A DNA stretch of 64,000 bases, taken from NCBI RefSeq assembly GCF_040938485.1, contig NW_027271684.1:806001-870000 (forward strand). The letters are read 5' to 3'. Made by a program: the position numbers and the translations under genes. The DNA is from Diadema antillarum (lineage: Eukaryota). Of the stretch, positions 1-14,200 are shown in pieces; the first letter of the stretch is position 1; every line of letters begins with the position of its first letter. The notes under the pieces are model-generated. The model was given only the letters and a program-made list of their open reading frames with translations, had not been told where the DNA came from and did no database searches.

Positions 1-412
1 ACATGTACTTCATTTCATTTCCAACAAAGTATCAACAAAGTATAAATACAGAGTGACATTTGTTTATAGGCCTACATAGCTTTACAAAACCAGTGAGGTT
101 CGTTTATGATGATAAAGGAAATGTAGTTTGCCCGAATATAATTCTATAATGTGATTATTTATAGTATTAACGAAAATTCGTTGGAAATGGAATGTTGGAA
201 ATGGAATGTCATTGACAGTTTTTGAAATATTCAATAAATTTACCTCTTCATGTACCAGATCTAAACATGCATCTAAGAGGAGTGTGTCTGACATTGATAC
301 CTTTAACAGCCAAAATAATGAATGAAATCAAAAACAGGGGAAGATGCAGAAGAAGATGAAGTGAAAAGTAGCTCAAGAATAGAAAAAGCAAACGCGTGAT
401 AGAACAAAATAC

Positions 413-1738
413 CTTGTCTTGTCTGCGTTCGTCTGCCCATACAGATCAGCTTTTCTCGCCACATAGCGGACGATGCTATCACTACCAACCAGTGTCAGCC
501 CGTCTATCTCGAACAGGGGGAGCTGCTTGAACAGCAGCTTGCCCTCTTGCATGGCATGAGAAAAGTAATCAGAGAGATTTTAAGATTAATGCGTCCACAG
601 GAAGAACGTCACTACCTGCATTACTTGAAATGCATATAAAGTGTTTTCATGTTGTAGGCCTTATTCTAATAATGTGGAAAATCTAGATGGCTAATCTTGC
701 CTCTGAGGTATAGATATACAGTCTTCTACGGCTAATTTTTCGTTTCATCTTTATCAGGTTTGCCGTTCGATTAAAAAGACCCCTTTAACTTTTTTTGTTC
801 AGAGTGTCAGTCCGCAGGTTATTCAGAGTTCAGATTGATACCTACGTCTACATCAAAATAATGTTTTGCACGAGAACATAACTCTTGTCTATTTTGCATT
901 TTCAAGGTTATAAAATCAGGGAGGTGGGTTTTCCACTTCCCTAATAAAATGCTTAAAGTTTGCACAAACACACGCACACACATAAACAAACACACAAAGA
1001 AACATAATGTGTTCAGGCAAATTGAACGGTAAGCATAGATTTGGGTGACATTACCTTCAATCAGCTTCAAATAATCTTCTCTTGTTGTCACACTGATTTC
1101 GTCAAACTGCGAACGGATCGAATTGAGAAAAATACTGATAATATACGCATTCATCTCAAACTCATAAGTTGTAGTTTTTAGCGTAAGAATGTTTTCCAGT
1201 TCTTACAACAACAACAAAAATGACTTCAAGTAATAGTTTCGGAATTAGATCTGTAATGTGAATGTTCTACAACTATCGAGCTATATCATTGTCACTATAT
1301 ACATGTTTATATTTAATAGTATTCTTTTCCGATTTACACATGATTTACTGTATACCGATAAAGTCGATTCCATTTTTATGAAGAAGATCATTCCGTGTTC
1401 CTTTAACTCCCTCCTCCGTCATTTCCAAATGAAGTATGTGTATAGTTGTGTGTGTGTGTGTGTCTCTCTCTCTCTCTCTCTCTCTTTCAAGTCCGTAGGA
1501 TATTGGCTTTTACGACACACTGCATATTTGTTGTTCTTTCCAAGGGTCAATGTCCATCAACAAGATCAAAGGGCTCACAGTGCACTGAAAGGGTTGTTTT
1601 TGAAGCAGTAAATTGAAGAGCGTGGTATGTAATGGTTTTGTGAACTAGAGTGCCTTTACACTTGAGAAAGTTGACACTGGCATGAAATCGAAGCGTAGTT
1701 CCATATGCATGCCAATGGATAATAATAATAATAATAAT

Positions 1739-1792
<54 letters not shown>

Positions 1793-2444
1793 TTATGAAG
1801 GTTCATGTTTTTTCAAATAAAGATACATCTGAATAACAATTACCATACAAGAGAATATTGTAAGTAATAAACACAATGTAAAATTTTCAGTGACGCAGTG
1901 GTGTCCGAGTACCAACGAAATATAAAGAACTACGATCTGTACATGACCTGGGCCCTGTTTCAAGCTGTTCGTATAAAGTTACGAACGACTTACGAGCGAC
2001 TGGTGATCAGTTCTTCTGGTAAGTATAGGACATCACAACTGATGTCTAAGAAATATGAAGTTTATACACGTGGATCACACCTTTTCATGTCATGGCTTTT
2101 CAAGAGTACTATTAGCATTATATTATTATAGGTTATCATGGTCTTTATTCTTGCTGTTGGTGGTGGTGATGTCGATGACAACGCATCAAACGCGTGCAGA
2201 CTTGGCATGTTTTTTTTTTTTATATTCCTTCAGATATTTTGTGGACAACAAAATAAAGTTTTTTTTCTCCCGAAAAATGGACGCCAAATCCTTTCGGGAC
2301 CAGTATTTCTTAATAACTTCTATAGAGTTTCGCTCCCGTGTGAGGACTCACCTCAACTCCCGCGGCTGCACAGGTGAGCCGTATCATCTCCCCTTTGCCT
2401 CGTCCTTGGAAGTAGTAAAACTTTGGTTTGTCAGAAGCCGCCAT
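413..2444 (-). CDS. GST: Glutathione S-transferase, alpha-class-like, N-terminal three coding exons (gene continues beyond the left edge)
   Basis: Exons 2352-2444 (MAASDKPKFYYFQGRGKGEMIRLTCAAAGVE, donor GTGAGT), 1055-1106 (52 nt, FDEISVTTREDYLKLIE) and 413-545 (133 nt, GKLLFKQLPLFEIDGLTLVGSDSIVRYVARKADLYGQTNADKT). All have GT-AG boundaries with compatible phases. The peptide aligns by eye with the GSTA N-domain, and the 52 and 133 nt exon sizes match vertebrate GSTA genes as I recall them. Confidence 0.9.
1719..1788. repeat. Compound microsatellite (AAT)n(AT)n
   Basis: Directly visible. Confidence 0.95.
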
Positions 2445-3363
2445 TCTTGAACAAGTCTACCACTTGCTGCACCCTTAAAACGCACCCCGAGATGTCCCAA
2501 ATTCCGCGTATAACGTCGAACTCGATATCCAGTAATACAGTACCATTTATGTACAGTATACATGCGAGACTGCGAAGTCGGAGATAGAGTGTGTGGTTGG
2601 CAAAGGTTCGAGCTTTTGATAGATTGTGAAATATGTGATGTACCGTATTTACTATATGGTAGGATAAGTTTATAATGGCAGGAGGCCGGATGTATATTTG
2701 TACAGGCATCTCAGCTGAAGTAGCGAACGGGTTCAGAGTTCACCTGTTACTATTTATGTAAACTTAAAGATGCAAGTAATCCCTTTGCTACTTCGCTTGA
2801 AAAAAAAAAAGTTAAAACAAGTCCAACTATCTGCACTATTAGTGGATCACACTAATGGATTACGCCTGTCATAAGGATACAACCGACTTTTTCACTAAAG
2901 TATTTCGCTCAGCCGGACCAAACGTGACTACGTGTATTTTTTTCATTTTTACACGCATATATTTCTTTTTTACACTGAAAGGGAATCATCTGCACATAAT
3001 ATATACGATTTACTTGGCACCAGTGTTTCGATACACTGAAATGTAAGGGGATGGAGCTATTCTCAGACAACCAGAGAATAATCTGTTTAAAAAAAAAGTA
3101 AAGAAGAAGTAGAAAATGTAAATAAACAGGGGTAGCTGTACATTTTAATAGTTTATGTGTTGTTTTTTTCTGTGTGTTGGAGGGGGGGGGGGGGGGTAAA
3201 TGGTAGTGCCCGGTTTTAAATGAAACTTTACCCCCTCACCGCTCCTTCCTGCAATCATTTGAGGACGGAGCTCTCGGAAAGTCATGGTTTTTAGTTGAGA
3301 CTATTTTCTTTTCTTTTTTTGCACCTGATTTCCCCCCGATATCATTAGACGAGCAAAACGTGC

Positions 3364-3412
<49 letters not shown>

Positions 3413-3425
3413 GGGGGGGGGGGGG
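3364..3425. repeat. (GT)n microsatellite followed by a poly-G run
   Basis: Directly visible; it produces the spurious CVCV ORF at 3368. Confidence 0.95.
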
Positions 3426-4480
3426 AGGGCAGGGAGACCGGCTGCGCTCTCCCTTATTCCTTATCAAAGGGTAGAATATTGTTCAGCGAAACTATCATGC
3501 TGGGGTGGAGTTTGATATTTGAATCATCGTGTCTCTTATTATGTCTGGTCAGTAAAAGTGATGGAAAACTTCTGGTAATGAAAGTCGAAGGGCTGGGATA
3601 GAAATCATTATGATAAAAGGTCTACATATTTTCAAAGCACTCAGAGAAACTCGGGAAACACCAGCGCAAACAAAATGCGTCGGTATTTCTAAGTGTTCTG
3701 TGACAAACAACGAATTTCAGAAGAATTTTGAATAATATTGTTTGTTTATTGGTATCATGTACCATGAAGAAAAAAAAATAACAATAGCCAACTTAAATAG
3801 CACACAAATTGAAAAGAACATTAAGAATCTATGCATAAATCAATAAACAGATAATGGCATTAATATAGTGAAGCATCGAATGTACTGGGTATAACCACCA
3901 CAGAAGCTGCAAGTTTAACAGTGCAGTGTATACACTGACGTAGCCCAGGGAGGTGGAAAGATTCCACCTCCCTGCGTAGCCTGACCATTTGAACATTTGC
4001 CCTCCTGAGCAAATGTATGTAACCGTAAGAAGAAATCATCAGATGATTGACTTGATGAAGAAACACAGTTGTAAAAAAAAATACGTTTACACTTTTCTTT
4101 TTTGTCAAAGTTTGCGCGAAGATGTTATATTACTTTGACAAATAACAACGATAATGTGAAATAATTACAACTTTCTTACATTACGTATATACTTTTCTAT
4201 ATTAGGTATTATACCCCAATGCAGTCCTGTCTCACAAGTACCCGTCTTCCTCTCGCTCACTTTTCCCTATGTGCGTTTCCTGCTCCACACTTTTATTCAT
4301 ACTTTCCACATTCTTTGCCCCTTTCCTCTCCCACCATGTCAGAATAACTCGTAAATGGGTGAGGATCTCATGATTTTGTTTTTGTTTTTCCAAGAAGTCC
4401 ATGATCGGAGTCATCCGACAAGACCGACATCCACAATTTATACGGGCAACAATTAGTTCGACATTGAACAAAAAAAGTTC

Positions 4481-4715
4481 CATGAGTCCTACAGCTCGAC
4501 ACTAGCCAAAAAAGGCCCACGAGCCTGACACCGCAATGTGACGTAATGACTGCCGAGCTCGTGGGCCTTTCTCGCCTATTATTGGATTCATGGGCAGTAT
4601 TTCATGCCTAGTGTCAAACCTATAGGCTGTATGACTCGTGGGCTTCATGACTCGTGAGCTGCACGTCTCATGGGCTGCAAATTAATGTCTCGTGGGCTGT
4701 GTGACTCGTGGGTGT
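4481..4715. repeat. Nested inverted-repeat element with short GACTCGTGGG subrepeats (probable MITE relic)
   Basis: Arms CATGAGTCCTACAGC/GCTGTATGACTCGTG, GACACTAG/CTAGTGTC and AAAGGCCCACGAGC/GCTCGTGGGCCTTT, followed by several degenerate GACTCGTGGG copies. Confidence 0.55.
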
Positions 4716-7474
4716 CAATTTCTTGACTTGCGCCCCCAGCCTTAGATTAAAACTATACATAACCTGATACTAGTACATGGCTTCAAGGTGCACAACTGTA
4801 CCAACTTTTTCCCATGCCAGCTTGATATCAACATGGAACTATCCTCAAGCAGCAAGACCTCGGCACCTGTCAGTGTGTTTAACCCTCTGCGAGCTGCGAG
4901 TCATATTCATTACCTGTCTAAAGGCATATGTGTGAGAGATTTGTGCACATTTGACTCATTGGTACATAAAGGGTTAAATCTACTGTTTACCCTGTGTACC
5001 ACAAATAAAGTAAACCAAATGTTTTTCGTTACGCAATCACGATGATGACCTCGTGAGAGATATTTACAAAATACGACTTGTAGTAAGCCTAGTAAACTGA
5101 AAAAAGTAAATAAAACTTTGAATAGGCCTTGATTAATTACTCGTTTATCAAAAATCATAACAAAAACACAAATAAATGTTACACTTTTACAATTCTGATC
5201 CATAACGTGAACTGTGAAGTCTGATAACTTCTTAAGTCGTAAGCGTCGATAGTATTGTATGGGCGCAAGATCATATATATATATTTTTTGGTAGGAAATT
5301 CAAACAAAGACATCACATGCTGGACCAGTTATCATTTTACACTTAATGTCACTGTGAATTCATTATTTGTGTTATCTTCTTCTTCAGTGGTTAGGACATC
5401 CTAACATCCTAAGAAAATAGAGATCTCTGAAACATTTCTAAAACAGAATGACGACATGAAATACCTCAATATTATATACAATGCTGAAAACAGCTTCAGT
5501 TTATCTGATCCAAGCTATTTTCTGAACAGAAAAAATGATACAAAAACGAAGGCTACCTGACGATTACGAATCGTAAAATACATTTAAACTACTCCATTTC
5601 CAGGGACCAATGACTGTCAATCCAGTGGCGACAAGATAAATGTTGTGCATTATACACTATAGTTTATGTAACATGTTAATCTTACACGAGATAATGACGT
5701 CAGACACCGACACTCCTACATTTTTTCCACCATTGTGCCACAATGGCATGCAGTTAGATCGGCGTTTGTTGTTCTGAAAACATTATGATTATACAAAACA
5801 AATCATATCAAACAATGGTCATGTACCACATAACACTATTTGTCTACAGGAAGTACTATTGTTGCTGGGGTTTGGTTTTTTTTTTGTGGGGGGGGGTCTG
5901 CTTTGTCCCCTTGTTAAATACATCGTACATAGTGACACATGTCTTTTTATTTTTAAGTTGCAGGATTGCAATTGAATATGCCAAAATCTATATGAATACA
6001 TGTAAAGCGTTAATAGGCTAAGCCTTAGTAGTGTTGGCACTTGGAGGGCCTACTTTTATCAAGTGTCATATGATGCGATAAGATAACGGCTTCAAGATAG
6101 TTACAGTTTCCTAACTATAAAATCATCGAAACTTTCTCAAAGATTTCATGAAGTTAAAAGTATATTTTACCGATCACTCTTCAAGAATTTTCGCTTCCGG
6201 ACTAACTTCCTCTGTCGCATAACTTGTGAATATTGAAAAAAAAACACCTCCACTTTGACTATTATGTAGTGTCCCTGTCCAAACCATCTCTCATGAGCGA
6301 CGGATTACACACCTATGCGCTGTACGGAGGGGGCTGTTCGTCGCCGTACGGTTTTGGGGCTTCTAAAATAAAATGACAATAAACATACCAATGACGTTAA
6401 ATTCAGCCGAAGGGCCAACAATTTTGAACACGTATAGGTACAGAAAAAAGGAAAAAGAAAAAAACAACAACAACATCATCATCATCACTCGGGTTGAAAT
6501 CAGGTCAATTGGCTCTTGCAGGCGATAAAAAAAAATAGTATGATTATGAGCATAATTCATTCAAGTTTTTCTTGCTGCCGTGACGTACTCAGTATTCAAA
6601 AGCCTAACCCCCCTTTTTTTTACAAAGAAGACAATTCATCGTTCATGGCAATCTCGGTTTTCTTGAGGACTCGCTTATTAGCACTGCAAAGTGATAGTAG
6701 GCCTAAATAAATGTAGTAAACTGAAAACGACTCAGGATTCAAAAGGGCGTTGTTGCATGCACCCACGCTTACGCATCTTCCATGTTTCGAATGTTGTATA
6801 AAACCAATCCATATAGGGTAGGCTTACGTATGAAGAAAATGGTCTAACGAATGTCAGTTTCAGTTTATTTGGTCCTGGCCATATAGTTCCGTTCACTGCA
6901 TATGGATCCTTCAAATACAAAGTTTGCATGGACGTAAATAATGCCTGACTTGCTTTAATTGACACTTTGACAGCTTTACAGCGTCACTCATAATTGTATT
7001 GAAGATGACGGCAATCATTACACTAAACAATAGCGCCCTCCTCAATCCTGGGTCCGTCCACCTTTAATATAACTTCAATCTATTTCAGCTTCACATAAGA
7101 TCTACAAGCATGAAAACAAATTACATATTATCATTTGATCATATACACGACAAAGTGTATAAAAACAACAAGTCCAATATGACGACGTGACAAACGAAAC
7201 AAAAATTGGATTGAAGGGGTTCATGAGAGCTTGCGAATTCTTTAGATAATCTTAAAATACATGTATACATAACATTGTTCAGCTATTATCTTCTCTAGTT
7301 GTAATCTGATGGGGCTTCAGCTGGTCTAAAATTACAAGGTAAGTCAGCGAGGTACGTTAATTCCGACTGTGACTGAGTATCAGGACCGAACTGCAAAATG
7401 GCATCATGGTCGCCGTTGAAGTGACGGCAGAGATATATTTTTCTCCAATAACTCTGACGGTAAACACACAATGA

Positions 7475-7638
7475 AGGGCGGATCCAGGAATACCGTAAAG
7501 GGGAGGCGCCTTTGCAAAATTAAATGAGGGGAGCACGCACGCCCCCCCCCCCCCATTCTTTTACTTTTCATTAAATTTTCTTTTGTTTTAACCAAAAATA
7601 AAGAGGGGGCGCGCGCCCGGTGCGCCCCCTCTGGATCA
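7475..7638. mobile_element. Short GC-rich non-autonomous element relic (GGCGGATCCAG...CTGGATC ends)
   Basis: Inverted termini GATCCAG/CTGGATC around a GGGGGCGCGCGCCCGGTGCGCCCCC core. No TSD is resolvable. Confidence 0.35.
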
Positions 7639-8186
7639 CAGCACAATGGCATCACGCATTCACATCAATAGGTCTAGTGACTGTCTCAGTCATTTCTTAC
7701 ATCATGTCTGGTTAAAACGTTAAAAAAAGAGAGATAACGTGAAGAAAACAGCAAACAAAAGAGTCAAATGAAATGTTCTTTCTTCCCAATGAGCTCACAT
7801 TGCTCAGCTCCTCCTTTGCTTGTTGTGTTCCCCGTTGTTGGGAAACTACCGGGGACTGAAAGCTTTCCTTATCTACCGTACTTGAATGATAGACATGACT
7901 CAAATCCATAGATAGTCTCTAAATCTATCTACCATCTATATAATATAGTCTTTATTGTATTATCTCTCTCTCTCTCTCTTTCCATCTTTTCTTTACTTTT
8001 AAGCAATGACTGTTTCCTTGTTTTTTGTGTTTCTTGCGTCCTGGTTGAGGAGTTTAAAGCATCCACCCGCACCTCCCAATCGTCCCCCGCTGCTAAGATC
8101 CCCCACCATCATTCCTGGCCTCTCCCAATTTTGTAAACGTTCCTGATTATTCAACTTTATAATGATTGCGTAACGATTCCACTCAC

Positions 8187-11100
8187 CTGTATCGGGTACG
8201 TGATAGGTAGAAAAGGATGGAAGCGGTGAACTAGCCTCCATCATGTTTGGGCCAGCTTGAACCACAATTCTCGTCTGTTTAGAAATCAGAACATACTATA
8301 TGGTAGGACTGGGAATAAACTGTTCGAGGCTACATTCATTATATCGACAAGTATTGATCTATGTTTCTGCCCCTTAATCACACTGATGATGTACAAGTGA
8401 TATTAAGCTATTCAAGGGGTTTAGGGTTGAGTGTTTGGTTTGGTTTGTTTGTTTGTTTGCGATTTTTATGTGGTTATCGTGTGATATAATCAAAATTATA
8501 TTATGACGGCTATTCAAGGTCCCAGAAGAGTTTTCGGCATACTACTAGTAAGTTACGAAATATTGGGAGATTGCAACATAATCACAATGTATCTCCAATC
8601 TGTCCAATCATGTATTATTAAAGCGGTTGACATGAAAGTGATATCGCTGGCAGTGAAACATCACTGTCTCTAATCGCCATCTTGTTATAAAAGACATCAA
8701 GTCTTTCATAGTCTTCATAGTAACGGCATGTTAAGGATGAATACCATCATTTTATCACCGAGATACCGTCTCTTATACTCAAAGGAAACAAAAGAAAGCC
8801 ACTGCTCCAATAGAGGCAAAGAGAAAATATCAAAATAGAGGAAGGTAGAGTTTCTGTAGGTTTTGCAAAACGGAAACTTCCTGATATTCATCGTTGTCTC
8901 ACCTCTGTAACTGGCGGCACAGAACAACTGACGCAGGATGCGGCCAAACTTGCCAACAGAGCGACAATCCCCACGAGTGAAATGCAGACGTTAATCCCTA
9001 TTCGAGCTTCCTGTGCGCAAAATCACAAGTACTTACATATTAAAACGACATATTTTGAGCTTTATACCGGATACAAAAAACATGAAATGTCAGAAATTAT
9101 ACATCTTTCACTATAATCCATAGGAAACTTAGAGTTAATAGTATACGCTGACTAGTGACTAGAGAGATATGGGGGATGATTGAACGATCAATCATTATGT
9201 TGTTGTTAATAAATAAGTAACGTGTCAACGTATTGATCAAATACATCATCTCGTGCCCACACAGAAAGAGGCTGAAAAGACTACTTTATCCATTGCATAT
9301 TTTACTTGTGTCAGCAGAATTATGATTGTACTGTATATGTTTGGTGCATTGTATGATATGTGTATGTGTGTTTGTGTATGTGTGAGGGTGTGTGTGTGAA
9401 AATAGATCACGCAATGTCAATTCTGCACGGACTGAGCAGCATTAAAGCACATTGTACCTCTATAAAAATTAATAAGGAGTATGTATTTCACGACAAAAGT
9501 ATATGGGTTGCGATTCATCTATTCGCAACATGTGATGTTGAGGGTTCTTATACAGTCCTTTCGTAAACGTAATACAATTCCTTTTAAATATACATAGTTA
9601 TACTATAGCTGGTGATGATTGCTTTCGACGTAAAAAAAAATACATATAAACCAAATACCAAGCAAATACAGTGCATTATCACAAAGTATCCATATCTTTG
9701 TTTACCCTGACGTATGTACAGAGCGTGAAGGAATCAATGGACGGGTAGCAGAGAAATTCCAGTTCTTGTGTGGTGGCGTAAATGGCGAGTCCGACTAGTT
9801 GTGCTGCACACACGGCGGAGAGGGCTGACCACACTGAATACAGGGTTATCTAAAGATCCGACCAATAAATGAGAAGCAAAGCAATCAACCTATTGATTAT
9901 ACACCGAATAATAAAAAAAATAAAGTTATCATTATATGGAGAAGCACAGCAAAACAGAGGACAACAGAGGACAGATGAGCGTTAAAGATTCAAGTCAACA
10001 TTAACAAGTATGTCGTCTCTTTCATACTTTACTTGATTTTAATTAATTGATATCAGTTGATCTGTTTCACGTGACCACTAAGGAATCAATTATAGTTTGT
10101 AACCAAGTAACCACTGCACCTACGGCTTTGAGTTTCCTTTGAAGAAACAGGAAATGAGAGTAAGGTACCTTGCCTATTGCACCACCGCGGTGCACCGCTC
10201 TGCCAGTCATGTGACTTGATATAGTGCGTGGTCTTAGAATTACCGTCGAAATAACGCATTGATAAATTTTAATATAATTTAACTGTCTGAATGCTATTTC
10301 AGGGTCTGAGAAGATTAACATCTTATCCTATTTTGCAGAAAACCCAATTCAATTTAGTTAAGTGGTCACCGAAAAAATGTGGATCATTGTAAAGCATGTC
10401 ATGGGGCTGTTTCTTCCAAGTTTAGCACTTTGGTGCTCTTGGAACTGCATAGATTATTAATCTGTGAACACAATGGAGAGAACTTGGAGGGAAGGGATTC
10501 CTGGCATGCTCTACAAAGATTTTCATTTCTCTTTGACTACTCTGAAGCAAATCTGATGTTACTTATACTTCCATCAGTGCTTGACTGATTTTACTCCGAT
10601 GTTTAAGTGTTATCTCATAAACATAATGTCACTCAGAGCACCGAAAGCTTTTTTCTTCTGAGTATAGACACTCTTTTTTGTCAATATCTTTTGCTCCTCT
10701 TTCGGAATTATCAATAGATGTGTTAGAACTCTATCCCAGTTACTATTTTCGTTGTTGTTTGTCTCACCCCGCAGTGCTTTCCACTTGCAGTCGAAACGGA
10801 TCCGATCAAGCCTGCCACCATGAAGAACTGCAAGGGAGAAGAGAAGAAATTTAATGGTGCTTGGGTAAATGTAAGACTGTTTTGTGCTGTTGTGAGGGAG
10901 TCGCGTTTATGGCTGACCATGTTTAACACTTCTGTTTGAAAGTTGCAACTACAGGTCTGCAGCAAAAGAGAATGCGCAAAGCTCTTACACATATTCCACT
11001 CCACAGTGGGTTCCCGATGCGGGACCAGTAGCATTCAAGGACGATCGCCGTCCCACCCATAGCGCTGAGGATTATTCCCGTGGTGATCTGGATTCCTGCC

Positions 11101-11216
11101 ATGCTCTGGAGGACGCGAATCTTACGAATGCGCTCGACGTTGTCCCGAGAAGAGACCTGATCCACCGTGGTGCCGACTACCGTGTCATGTGTAGGGTAAG
11201 GCGGTGACGACGCCAT
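8187..11216 (-). CDS. MS4A/CD20-like four-transmembrane protein (five confident exons; terminal exon unresolved)
   Basis: Exons 10989-11216 (ATG, TM1, ending GNPLWSGIC), 10768-10827 (FFMVAGLIGSV), 9712-9849 (TM3 plus loop CYPSIDSFTLC; alternative donor 6 nt further), 8903-9010 (TM4, ending SCVSC) and 8187-8274 (cytoplasmic tail). All are GT-AG and in phase. The P-x-W-S-G motif, four hydrophobic segments and loop cysteine pair are typical of the MS4A/CD20 family. Confidence 0.8.
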
Positions 11217-14200
11217 TGTCGATGTCGACTAAAACTGGATATAAAAGATAGTGATCAGGGTTATGTTTGAAAGTCTTCTGGTCTAACAAACATGACACGA
11301 GTCCCAGCTAGGCCTTTTCAGTATCAATCAGTGAGGGAGATGTTTCGTTATAGTTTTATTGTTTTACCTCAACCTCGAAATATCATTTTTGTTTCTTTAG
11401 GTATGCAAATGTGCATGTTCTCCACTGATGACTGATCTTGGTCAGATAACCTACTTGCATGACCTGGGACTTCATAGACCCGACATGGAATTTATTACCA
11501 AATCAAATTCCAAAGTGATATGAATTTCAAACTGATAAGAATCCCGAGAGTGTAAAGGAAATGTTCTTAACTTGATATGCACAACTCCATTATTTTTTTC
11601 TTAAATTGGATATTAAATGATCATAATCATTTTTATAAAATCCACATCTAAACTTTATATTGGCAATCTAGAACACATGGACTTTAGGGACTAAAAACTC
11701 CTGCCCCCACCCCCGCAAATGCACATGCATCTGTACCATTTGCAGAAAGTATTGCGTAATACAGAATAGAACGTAGAGTTCATTCCGGGTTGGTACGCTT
11801 TCACACTTACTCCCTTTTTCCTATCCCCGTATCCTGATTGGCTAAAACGAAGCCAACATTGGCTTTCCTGACCAATCAGAAATCAACACACAACTACCTT
11901 AAGTGACTTAATCAACCATGTCAAAAATGATGATGAAAGTGATGGGATTTGATGATGTTGATGACGACGATGGAGGTGATAATGGTGGAGGTGTTGGTGA
12001 TAGTGATGGTGATGATGTCGTTGGTTGAAAAGGGGCGGTAAACCCTTTGAGAAGCATGCAATTGTCTAATACATTGTACTTGGTTGAGATTGCTGTTATG
12101 TTGAGAAAACCTGCTTTCAGGTGTACGGACAGAGTGACAAATGATATCGATAAAATACTAGCAATATACGACGTACCTCACTAAAGAATAGCTACTGAAG
12201 CTTGCAAGTTGTTGCTATATCAGGCAAGATTTCTAGTAGCCATGGTGAAAAGTTTAAACATATCTACAGACAAAGGAAGGGTAGCATATAAGACAGGAGA
12301 TAGTCATGTTTATGATAACATTTGTTAAATGTTAAAGCTATTACTCTTCAAAACTTTTTTTTTTTTGGGGGGGGAGGGGGCAAAATGGCTTAAATCCATT
12401 TTAAAAAAAGCCGAAGAATTCTTTTAATTGTCTTTTTTTTTACCTACGGCGACTACTTTTTTAACATAATAAAAGAATGCCATGTACGGAAACAGAGAAT
12501 TGTTTGAAATGAAAAAAAAAATGATTCCTATTACCAGAAAATTAGCTACTAAGGATTAGGTACTTTTGAAAAAAAAAACCCTTCATATGTAGGAAATATA
12601 AGATTTGAGGACATTGCTCTCATTTTCGTTTTTGTTATATAGCTTTCGTCCTGCCATGGCCCAGCACCAGGATCTACGAAGAGAATGTGTTTCGAAAATA
12701 CTCCAGATATATGGCATGATGTGCATTAAAATACATGCATTGTCGAACAGAGAAACGTCCGTACGTCTCATATCTACACTTTCTTTCCACACTTATACTT
12801 CACAGTGAGACACCGTGCAGGTTTTGGTCAGGACAAAGGACAGATTCAGGTCCAAAAACTACGATCTATATAGTCTCTTTCGATATTCTTAATTGTTCGG
12901 CTACAACGAAATTTCGATAAATAACGGCAGAAAACCGTCGGTCCAGACGACTTCGTTAAAGGAAATGCACTGTATCAAGAAGAAAAGAAGGAAATGCAAT
13001 ACAATATTCAATTTGCAACGACCCAAAATGAATAGGCCTACCTGCCCATGAAACAGCAGAATTTTCATCTCTGGTCAAAGGCGTAATAATGATATGCTCT
13101 TACCTAAACAGACCTCGAGATGCAGAGTGACGATACGTACCTTCCAACGGAAAAAAGAAAGAAGCAAAGAAAGAAGTTGTTCTTTTGGAGTGGTAAAGAG
13201 GCTATAATCCGAGATACTAAGATCCGTGATTTTTTTCCCTTCTGTCCCTTGGAGAATCAGCAAAAATGCCCAAGAAACCTATTATCCAAAAATCATGTAT
13301 CCAATAGGGTCTACATGTAACGATGAAACAACACTGAGAAGACCATTTCCGTGTATACACGAAATACTGGATTTGTGTTCAGGCAAGATAAGTGCATTTA
13401 TCCCCTGTGAGCAAACAAGTTGATCATTAACCTCAGACAGCAAAAATACCGAACTAATTACCAACACAAAACCGACCTGCAAGCGGAGGGCCCATCAGCA
13501 TACGATGCAGTCATACGTCAAGTTTTGTGATACTGTGGGTGAACCAAGAGTTAACTGAATCAACTAGAACCTTACAGTTTGGACTGAGGCAATTTTATAC
13601 TCGCAAAATTTTGCGAGATAGATAAGTTATTACTCAACATTCTTGACGTATACTGTTACACACATGTGCACCATACAGGACAGAGGCAGTTACACACATA
13701 CACATCACACACAAACAAAGCAACACTTCTATGACACATAATGTCGTCAATTTCAAAGTTCCAGTTTACCTTTGGGGCAGTGATTTTAAAAACATTCAAG
13801 ATATCATATTTTGATGTATATATGTGGGTCTGTTGTAGCACAAAACATCCTGCCATTTATTTTTTTGCAATAAAGCCTAAAATATTTGGAGATATCAGTA
13901 TTTCCTCAATAAACCATAACTGTAGACGGTTTAATCTGGAAGCATTCTTATTATAACCGTTGTTCACATTTTGTGTATTTAACAATACTTAACATCGATA
14001 ATATAGATTTAAATTCTTTACAGTGTTTGTTTTTATCTCTAACTCACATTTAAAAACTATTTTGAAGCACTATTGCTGGATTTTTTGTTCATCTGCAAAT
14101 AAATGGTAAATTATGCCTCTTAAATTACATAATGTGCATAGTATCTTCGATTGCAAAAGGCAAGACATCAACTTTGTAATCGTCGTTCTACGTTGCATCT

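Noticed and set aside
82-294. 70 aa ORF as the next GST exon
   Set aside because: The preceding exon ends in phase 2 and every candidate acceptor here gives a stop in that phase. The next exon probably lies left of the window.
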